This document shows positions 14,303 through 24,600 of a DNA stretch of 64,000 bases, piece by piece. The notes beneath the pieces are model-generated. The model was not told the DNA's origin and searched no databases. It saw only the letters and a list, made by a program, of their open reading frames with translations. Numbering within the stretch: position 1 is the first letter of the stretch; each line of letters begins with the position of its first letter. A program made the position numbers and the translations under genes. The stretch is from Lingula anatina (taxonomy: Eukaryota > Animalia > Brachiopoda), in NCBI GenBank assembly GCA_051362555.1, contig CM120643.1, positions 22,510,848 to 22,574,847 on the forward strand. The letters run 5' to 3'.

Positions 14303-17300
14303 ATTTTTTTTTCAGGAAGATGAAATAAATGACCCATCTTGTGTGTCCCTCACTGCCCAGTTGCCAAGCAGTGAAACATCCAGCCCAGCAAGTAATGCCC
14401 ACACTATGACCAATAGTCATGTGCTCATCCATGTAGAAGATGTCGTCACCTCCCCTTCAACTCCATCAATTCCTACATCTCCTATTGTAAATGAGACAAA
14501 CAAGGGAGCAGCAGCAAGGTGTGCCATCTTCTCTTATCTAAATACTGCAACTACTGATGAACCCAACAAATTTCTAGACACTTTTTTTCCAAATTCATCA
14601 TTTACAATCACTCATAAACATATGCTTTAATTCTGATATTGGTATATATTTATCTCACTTTTTAAAACAAAGAAGAATAATCTATTTTATATATAATTAT
14701 AACAAAACACTTAATATAGTAATATGATTTATCTTATTTGTTGGAAAGAAAAGAGCCATTATCATACTTATAGCTATTGCTAGATTTATATTTAAAAAAT
14801 TTTAAGATACATAGTGCTCCTATGTAATACTAAACATGAGGATAATTAGCATATGATAACAAATGGCTTTTTGAAATAAATTGTAAAAATATGTTGGCGT
14901 ATATGCCATACATGTCCACCTTTTTTTACAATATTATCAGGTTGTATGCCGCATACAACAGTGGCAGCATGGGAGACACACCATCCAATCCCAGTTTGGG
15001 CAGCTCTTTACACATCTGTGCAAAAGAAGACTCAGAAGGGCCCTTGGTTGGCATAGTAGGTGGACACATAAAGTTATTGCACCCTGAGAGTCCTAGCAGC
15101 AAATTGGGAAATAACCTTGGAGGACACACCTCAAAACGAGGTGGCTTAATTTCACCTGTGGGTGCTCGCAGGGTACAAAGTTTCCGCACCATGCGGCAAT
15201 GCTCTGTAAAATGTGAGAACCATTGCCACTCCGCTGATAATAGTCTTCATGGTGAAAGCATCACTGAGGTGGAGCCATCGTCTGTGACTTCTGATCAGCT
15301 TCGACGCTTCAGCGCCACACTGAATGAAGTGATGCTTTCTCCCAAGTTCTTAAGTAAGATGCCAAATGAAATTAGCATCCAGGTCCCAGAGGAAATAAGT
15401 GATGGTGAAGAGAATGCCTTCAGTTATGGGGAGGCAGATACAAGCCGATTGCAAGTGAGAAAATATATTTCGGACTCCATTAGAAGCCGATGTGGTCACA
15501 GGATGAGTCAAGGTTCAAGGGAAGACAACATGAATTTCCTACAAGTAAGTGATGGTCACAGAAGTAGGCATCAATCTAGTATGAGTTGGAACACAGAATA
15601 TGATGACATTAATCAACGCGCTTGCAACAAAATGGATGACTTTGGAAAAAGCACAAACTTTTCAGATAGAGGCAACACCAGAAATGGCAGAACATTTAAA
15701 TGTCAGACTTGCTATAGTGATGATGGATCCTCATATTCTCTAGGAGATCATAACTTTAAGAAATCTGAACCTAAAAGTAGGAAATCCCTGGGAATCACAA
15801 GTGGTGTGAAACATTCCAGCAGTGCAGATGATATGCTCAATTATTTTTCCCAGTCACAAAGACAACAAATTTCAAGTTCTGACCTATCCCAGGCATCTAT
15901 TAATCATGAAAGATGTTGTCAGAACCGTTGCCATTCTTGTTGTATTAAACATGTAAATAGAAAGCATTACAATTCCAAGGCTAGATCAACATCAAGTGAT
16001 AAACCACCCAAAGTGCCCAATGGTAAAAGAAAGAAAAGCCATAGAAGGTTAAGATATAAAGAGGGCACTGCGTCCCCTTCTGCCACTGTTATTGGTTCAC
16101 TGGACCGGTTGGCCTGCTCAGAAGAGACCAAGATGTCTCCCCGTCACCACATTGAGCCCTCAGCAAACCATCACCGCTTATTCAAAAGTGATTCTGACCC
16201 AAATCAGTTCAGATTCTCAGATGAATCTAAAAGATCAAACAGAGTTGAGAGAACTTACAAATTTCTACACAATATGGACAAAGTTCACTGCGATGCCATG
16301 CCTGCTCTGCCTCAGGACAGAAACGAGCTGCAGTTGCCTAATGCAACAGATTCTGGACATTTTTCTGAGGGTTCCAGCACACTTCACAGTGATGTTGCCC
16401 AGCAGGTTAGCACAAGTAGTGGGGAACTTCCTCCTCCTCGTTCACCTCCTCCTCATTCCCCTCCTCCTCCTCATGCTCAACAAAAAATGCGACAAAGGTA
16501 TCATTCAGTGGGGGGTGCCAGACCCAAAGTAAGACAGGAATCTTTACACAAGCTCAGCTTGAAGAGAGCAGCAGAGAAAGCAGTGAATAAGCATTTCTTT
16601 CATGATCCTGCACAACACCAACAAAGAAATGAGCCCAATCTCAGTTCTGTATCCTCTGTCTCTGAAGTGAAAAGTTCACCAGAACATCTCCAACAGGCAA
16701 ACTGGAGTCCCATCTCTGGAACTTTGGGACAAAAATGTGTAATGCCAGCCCCTGATGGCCAACAGCAGCAGAGCTCTTCAAACAGGCAAGGCAGTCTGGG
16801 ATGTAGCGAATCCATTCTTCTAACACCAAAGGTGGTTTCCCTACAGAGGAAGGGTCAGATTCTTTCCTCCCCTCGATACAAGTTTGGAAGCAGTAAGGTG
16901 CAGAGTCCAAGCCTGACTGGACATTGGAAACAGGCAGAAGACTCTGCGTACCAAAGCAATGACCAGTCCATCGATAAGTGGCCAGGGCCACAGAGCCCTG
17001 TACCTAATAATTCCTCATTCAGAAGCTCTCTTGTGGTCTACCCCGAGGAGGAGCATGGAATGTCAAATAGGTATGGTAATAATTACATATTACCCGTATG
17101 TCATCTACTCAGAAATCCAAGTGAATAATTAAAGACAGAAAGTGGACAAATTATTATGGCAAAGTATTGCTTTAAATAGATTCTGGTAATGTTTATATCC
17201 AGTGTCAATTTCAGACTATAGGTTGAATGCAAAGTAGGTAAAATTTTAAGGCAGAATGCTCCATTGAATAGATTTCGATGACATATATATTTCTTTTATC

Positions 17301-18393
17301 TTTTTGTGTCCTTGCACTGCCCAATTTGCCTGAATTTACTTTCATTAAAGATACTGTAATAAATATACTATGTTGAATACAGACACATAATTACCACTGC
17401 ATGCAGTCCTTATATGCTTCTGTGCATGTTCTCAAAATCCAGTGTTGGTTTTAATATAGAATTTTGTGATGCTCAAATCTTGATACAACTCCAAACTATG
17501 TTTTTTTAACTATTTTTTAAGCGGTGTACGTATAATACCTGAAACAAGTTTGAAGCCTGGAAAAATTGAATTGTTTGTTCTTCCCTAAATTTTCATGATT
17601 GCCTTGTATTTTGGTGTATTTTGTTTATTTATTTGGAGTGATGGCAATCAGGATGTCAGGTCCCAATTAGAACAGGCAGCCAAGAAACTCCAAGCCATTC
17701 AAACAAGAACTCTTCAACAAAGGTATGTTAAGCTTTTTTTACAAAATCTATTGTTTATTCCATTTCATTGCACAATCCAACAATTTTTAGTCACAAGAAG
17801 CTATAAAATATAGTCATAATAATTATTATAGTTTACCCTGTGCACCGAAATATAAGTTTGGATGATTTCACTTATATAGATGTCTTTCCCAGCTATATAG
17901 ATGTCTTTCCTTGTAATTTATTCAAAGTGAAATTATCTCTTGCACATTTTTTTTTACATAGAGTTCATCATAACTGTTTTCCACATTGCTTTACAGGTCA
18001 GGTGTTAACAAAGTGGAGTCCAAATACAAGAAAAACCGCCCCGCTCCTCTGGACTTAAAGTGCATCAGTAACAGAATAAGTGAAGATCTGACCAGGGAAA
18101 GGTTTCAGCAGAATACACAGTTTATTCCACACCAAAGTCCAAATTTGGGTGGGTTAGTGGAGGACGCCGGTCCTAGGGAAGGCCTAAACAAGGGCTTTTT
18201 GCTCAGGGGCAAAAACCTGAAGGATGAAATGTTGTATAATATGGATTCCAAAGAGATAGCAAGCAAAGGACATAAGCTGCAGAACACTGGCCCAAAGGAA
18301 CATATGAACCAGGGGCACATGTTTATTTGTTTATTGGATGAACAAAGAGATGATGATGTACCTCAATCACTGATGTGTGAAACATGGGTATGA
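7741..18393 (+). CDS. CUB- and EGF-domain type I membrane protein with long cytoplasmic tail (5' exons not identified in window)
   Basis: Exons 7741-7931, 8761-9474, 9752-10234, 10716-10868, 12303-12524, 12983-13168, 13753-13916, 14316-14518, 14941-17070, 17660-17722 and 17997-18393 are all GT-AG and phase-compatible (4906 nt). CUB motifs: GNLTSPKFPEYY, CLYDFL, FHSD...GF, ASLNYPVQY, FYSDG...GFYATY. There are three EGF-like Cys patterns, the TM segment PFWLGIVVVFAGMALGGILYYF and C-terminal ETWV*. Exon 17660-17722 has a weak acceptor. Confidence 0.85.
8541..8703. mobile_element. Small MITE in intron
   Basis: TIR caggcccgtagc...gctacgggcctg. Confidence 0.6.
11680..11957. mobile_element. PIF/Harbinger-like MITE (family also at ~4857-6803 interrupted, ~33883-34017, ~50887-51148, ~61169-61300)
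   Basis: TIR-like ends catttcagaaca-g-tgat...atcagctattctgaatg. The internal 'gcaattaaac' and 'ggtctcc/ggagacc' motifs are shared across copies. Confidence 0.6.
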
Positions 18394-19210
18394 CAATGCA
18401 CTGGAATACATACATGTATACATTTATTATTATTATTATTATTATTATTATATGTGAATATTGGGTCTGTGTTATTCATTTCTTTAGCTCACAACAGTCT
18501 AGGACTTACCATGTGTTATTGGGTTCTAGTCCCAGTTCAACATCAAGGGCCATAGGCTGTGAGGGTGGGGGTGGGGGGTGAGATCTCCGCTTGCCCCCTC
18601 CCATCCCCTCTCCCCAAGAAATATTTGAATTTTTATGTGGATTCTTTTTGAAGTTTCTTACATTTCCTTCAGTTGGTGCCTAGATAAGTGGTGCTGTTAG
18701 ACTATAAGCATTTATTTCTAGCACATTTTATGTGTCAAGCATTTATTACATTTGCTCATTCTTCTTTTTTTCTTTAATGGCCCTGACATTTCACTGAGTT
18801 GCTACACTGTAGCAGGTTTTAAATGTACATTGATGAGCTGGCACAACTAGACACCCTTAGAACTGTTAATTAGACAATGACTGAGATTTTATAAGCAAGG
18901 ATTTTGATACATGTGTATCATAACACAAGCGGCTAAGAAACTCGTGTTACATTTTACCAGTGAATATTTTGCAATGGTGGAGGCTGATGGCCATCCTGAG
19001 ATCTGGTCACATTGACCCACCAACAACACATGGGTCCTACTGTAGATCCAACTGATGTTGGAACTACTGCACAAGCAGCATACAAACTTAGCACATCCTT
19101 AATAACTAGAAGGAATATGTATTCATTATATTTAGGCCATAGTCCTTTCAGTGCATAAAATGCACTTGTATTGGGGGTACACGTACTAGTATTATATGTT
19201 ACAAGCTTAA

Positions 19211-19255
<45 letters not shown>

Positions 19256-19825
19256 ACATAATATAAAAGAGTACCTGGGTCTTTCATTGTATAAATTAAC
19301 ATTTCTCATTTCTCAAAGGATGTAATTTAAATACCATTTGCATATTGTGAAAATGATAATATATGTTATTATGAGTAGGCATATATTATACTAGTATCAA
19401 ATTAGTTTAGCATAAAATGGGTATCAGCCAGAAATACCGATATATTCATTTCAGTTCAATTCAATTCTTTACTGGTACAAAGATTATCATGACCTTGATC
19501 AATATTAATAATTATAATAATACAATTGGTGCTTTACCATTCTCTAATTAGTTATTGTGTTGCAAGCATGTGACTGAACAAATATATTATCTTTATATAA
19601 TGAAAATATGTACTAGTTAAATTATTAATAAAATATAATAAGCAGAAAGATATAATTGGTGTGTTTATAAATTTACTTTAAACACAAATCATGAAGCATA
19701 CATCAGTACACAATTTGGAGTGATTCAAATGTACAAAGAAGGAAAAAAAGACCTACAATAACATAAAGAAATAAATTAGTAAATAACACAGTTACACAGA
19801 TATAAATATTGTGACTATAATGACT

Positions 19826-20154
19826 ATGTGCCAGGTTAAGTCCCACTGCCAAGTTACTGCTCACAACAGTGGGACCACCATGTGCCAGGTTAAGTCCCAC
19901 TGCCAAGTTACTGCTCACAACAGTGGGACCACCATGTGCCAGGTTAAGTCCCACTGCCAAGTTACTGCTCACAACAGTGGGACCACCATGTGCCAGGTTA
20001 AGTCCCACTGCCAAGTTACTGCTCACAACAGTGGGACCACCATGTGCCAGGTTAAGTCCCACTGCCAAGTTACTGCTCACAACAGTGGGACCACCATGTG
20101 CCAGGTTAAGTCCCACTGCCAAGTTACTGCTCACAACAGTGGGACCACCATGTG
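19826..20154. repeat. 54-bp minisatellite, 6 identical copies
   Basis: Unit atgtgccaggttaagtcccactgccaagttactgctcacaacagtgggaccacc repeated 6 times, followed by atgtg. Confidence 0.95.
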
Positions 20155-20970
20155 ACATTTTTTTCAAGTCATATGCTAAGAGTTGCAAAGCAGGGCAAGC
20201 ACTTCATTTCTCTTGTTGTATGATTTTGTTACAAAATTGGAGAGGAAGACTGAATTATCTTTGTTGTCACTGTTAAATACTTTGCATAATTGACTTTTCT
20301 GGTGACCTTGTATCAGATGTGACGATTAAGATTTGACTAAAGAAGGTATTTTGGTCTGTTTTGTACATTGAGCATTGGAATATAAAATGGTATTCATCTT
20401 CAAGTGTGCCGCCCAGTTTCGATATGGAGTTTATAGTTGCTTAGACGTAGCTTAGCAAGAGCTGATAAAGTGTAATAATTTGTGACTGTATCAACATACG
20501 TTGCACTTTCACATATGTGCATTTTGTTACCCAGCAGGCATAGTCGCATTGGATCAACGTTGAAAACAGATTGATACGTTGAATTGCCGTTGATCTACCT
20601 AAATTCAACATAAAATCCAGCCACATCAAAACACCGTCATAATGTGACGTTGACTCAATGTTGTATTTTGGTCATTGACACAACCTTGCAGTCATGGATT
20701 GTAATTTAAAACATTATTTATTGAAAACGTGATACTTTGTTTATCAATACTGTAACTGACTTTATCAAAATAATAAAAAAAAAGTGTTTTAAAGTAAAAA
20801 TGACAGTTGTTTTGTGTCTTTAGTGAACTAGAGAATTTTCTTAACTTGTTATTCAGAAATACATTCCAATAAACTTCCTTGCAAGGTCAGGTGACACTAG
20901 GATGAATAAGTTGCTGTAAATGTGATGGAGTGATCTTTTAGATAGACAGGTTGAGGTGACTGTGACTTTG

Positions 20971-20971
<1 letters not shown>

Positions 20972-21026
<55 letters not shown>
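20972..21026. repeat. (TA)n microsatellite (others at ~14262-14296, ~19213-19250, ~49152-49192)
   Basis: Direct inspection. Confidence 0.9.
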
Positions 21027-21032
<6 letters not shown>

Positions 21033-21695
21033 AAATAACTATATATATATAAAAGAAAATAACTATATATATAAATCTTAACCTTGGAAATTTTAACTTA
21101 AAGGCCATACTCATATACCCTACTGTACATATATTTAGCCTTCAAACATGTCCTACTGCTAAACACATCTAGGCTTTTAGGGTGTACCATGCTTAGGTGC
21201 AAAACATGCTTAGGAGCTAAATGCGTTGAAAAAATTCAGACAAAGCAGGCACTTGGATGTTTTTACAGTGTACGTTATAATTGTGTACCTGTGTTTTGTA
21301 CAAAAAAGATTTCAGGTGATTTTAATGTCTTTTCATGCAAGAATGTTGTCTAACAACTGGGGTTGATACAATGTTGTTATCTGCCGTTGAGTCAACTTTC
21401 AAATCCAATGTTTATCCAACATATTATCAACGTTATGGTTCAACGTTGTTTCAAGTAAGTAGGCTATAATTAAGTATATCATGGAATATATATTCACTCC
21501 GTTTCTACACTAGCTATTTCCATTACTTAATTAATGTATCGAAATACTTGTCACTTTATGCATCATCACTTTCTCAATCTCCAAATTTAAGATTAATCAA
21601 AGATTTCCTACATAACGTGATTTTAATCCTCAGCAAATTTTACATTCAGTATATTTACAAAGGTTTATCCTTACATTAGCCAGTAAAATTTTATA

Positions 21696-24600
21696 TCATG
21701 ATTTCTCAAATCGGTCATTTAGGGACCATTCCCACAGATATTTGGATCGAACTATCTCCCTGGGGAGTCTCACTCCCGAAGTGGCGTCACAGTCCACCAG
21801 CGGCTTTGTATCTGCAATTGCGTCCAGTTCTATTCGGGATTTGTTTTGGCAGATCAAGACCCCAATGGCCGTCAGACCGATGATGAGGAGGACAGTAACA
21901 GTTGACATGCTTATCAAGCCACCAATCATTGCCTTGACCGTTGCTTTATATGGACTCTCGCGTTTGGTCAGCTCTTGTATGTCTGTAAAGTAAAAAAAAT
22001 ACAACGGTCATTCATTTGGATTTATGGACTTTGGCACCCTTTGCTGTAGTGACAACTGCAAAGTGAGTTTATTGCAACTACAGGTAAACAATATATTTTT
22101 CTAAAGCGAAAAATGTCATAACAATTCAATGAAACCTGCTGTTGTATTTCTTTTCACAATAACCGACCAACTGAGCTAAAGAGCACTTATTATGAAAGTC
22201 TTTGTAACCAAGATTGATGATATATGATTTGAATTGATAAATACTATTATTCGAAATAAACAAAGCTTAAGAATAACCTGTAGGAGACGTATCAGATATT
22301 AAGCTGATAAGAACAGATACTACACTTTGATCTTAGCCAAAAGGCCGAGAAGCGGGACGAAGAGCAATGATGATGAAGAATAACCTCAATACCTTTAAAA
22401 CAGACTTTGATCTCGCTTGTTAAACTGTTCTTTAATGTCTATTGCCTGTGACATTATCACATCAGATATTCAAAACACTATTCAAAAGCGCTTCTCAAAG
22501 CCTTTGCATCCTTACGGCCCATCCCTATAATCGAAATCTACCTATAGAGATATCAAACTAAACTTGATTGAACAAATAAGGAAGTGTAAATATTTGGAAC
22601 AAGGCAGAGGAATCTTATTGTAAAACTCGTTTTTTTTTTCGAATAAAAATTCGCCCGTGTGTCACTGGATATCAGTCACGCTTGCTAGATAAATACCTTC
22701 ATTATACCACCGTTTGATTTCGGTTTACGTACCTGTTTCCAATTGCTTTAAAAATGAGAATGCAGGAGTGTTGGGCACCCGGCCTGGTTGTCCAAACCCT
22801 GGCTGGATTCCAAATGATGGAGCATTGTTGACAACCAATCCAACATCTATAGTCAGGTCTATGATGCTACTTAGTGGGACTAACAGAGAGGCAACGGACA
22901 GAATAAAAGAAGACAGCAGGTTCGCGGAGGTAACGGATGGTATATTAGCACTGGCGAAAAGACTAAGGACATCCAGAGCTGGTATGGTTGATCGCAGAAC
23001 AAGCTCGTAGCCTGAAAGCACTAAGCTGGGTTGGAGCAAACGCAGAGCGACCTGTAGTTGAGGAACAGTCTGTCTCACAGCAAGGGTAAAGGGCGAGGTT
23101 CGAGGAACTATACTTTCAATAGCCTGGTTAGCCAGAAAGATCTGGAATGGACTTAAGGTTGGTGGCCGAACTGGGACATTTCTTAAAAGAAGGCTAGCTG
23201 ATTGAATTTGGTTGAACGCATTCTGAGTAAAGCCACGCTGAATAAACAGGTTTGCAACTGTGCTTGCAGTAGGGTTGTTCAAACCAGGCAAGAATTGCAG
23301 GTTAAGCAGTTGCCTACCAAGCTGAGCAGCGGCAATACGCCGAGTGGCTACCCCCAACAAAGACGCCTGTCCCAACCCTTGCTGCTGTGCCAGCTGCTGT
23401 ATCAGTTGTTGTCTCAGCTGTTGTCCCAGCCGTTGTCTCGACCCAGCGACAATCTGAAGGGCAACGTTTTGGTTTACACCATTTCCAACAAGTTGTGAGA
23501 TAAGTATCCTATCTGATAAAATATTGCCCGGCAAAGCAAGGAATCTCTGGAAGGCCAAAGACACAGAAGCTACGGTCAAAGATGCAAGAGCATTTTGCAC
23601 AGCCTGCTGAGGAATTCCAAGTGGAAGAACAGGAATTTGACCGCTGGATAACAACTGAGCTTGCTGAACTAACTGTGCTGCCTGTAGCGGCGTAAGTTGC
23701 GCACCAGAAGCAGCAGCTAACAGAGATGCAAGTTGTGCCAGATCTGTAGTCACTAACGATTGCAAGGTTTGCACGGTGCCTAAAACTACTGCAGCCACAG
23801 ACCCAACGTTCACCACTCCAATTCCGGGCACCACAATAAAATTTCCTGTTCCAACGCCTGGAAACTCTGGTGGGAAAACTGGACCTACGCCAGGGCCTGC
23901 AGTGGGAGCACCAGTTATTGCAGGCATACCACCAGTTTGCATCGACGGGGTAGGGGCCCCAGTCACAATAGGCGTGGCTGTCGGCGCATCGATAAAAATG
24001 ATAACTGTTCCTTTCATGCCTTTTTGGCCCTTCTCGGGTGAGGTAGCGGCCATACCCATCATCCCCTTTTGACCTTTCATTCCTTTGCTTCCTTTATTTC
24101 CCTGCTGTCCGGGTAAACCAGGGAAACCCTTCATCCCTTTTTGTCCTTTTGCCCTTCCTCGAGCACCTTTATCTCCTGTATCACCTGCAATAAGGAATTG
24201 AATTATAAATATTAGCACTTTTCTTACTTCGAATTGTAATTACCTAGTGTCCTCAAGCAGTAAAGTCATGAAATACACCGTGTTGCTCAGTTATCATACA
24301 TGTACAAGTTAGAATCATTTACTGCAAATAATCATTTTTTATATTTTGAACTGGCGGCATGACTGTTCATAAGCAGAGATCCCACCTTTCCATAACTTTT
24401 CAGGGACCCAATAGGTAAACAGTCCCAAATATACTAGAGAAAGTAGTAAATTCAACTTTTTTCTGTTTGAATATTTATAAAAGGACATTTTAGCAGAGGA
24501 CAGTGTCCTGTTTGGGGTTGAATCTGGGGATCAGGAGACAAAGGCCCATAGTGAGGACCCAATGTTCACAATGTTCATATCCTTCAGAATGTACCTAATT

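Noticed and set aside
19826-20154. 54-bp array as a CRISPR array or coding repeat (ORFs 19703-20188, 19811-20155, 19869-20276)
   Set aside because: Units are identical with no unique spacers, there are no cas genes and the context is eukaryotic. The ORFs arise because the unit is 3n and stop-free.
22281-22354. Functional U2 snRNA gene
   Set aside because: It lacks the first two nucleotides, the Sm site and the 3' half, and is flanked by a target-site duplication.
22714-24072. Plus-strand ORFs overlapping the large collagen-like exon, and similar short antisense ORFs over the GPCR and CEMIP-like exons
   Set aside because: Antisense or alternate-frame by-products with no independent motifs.
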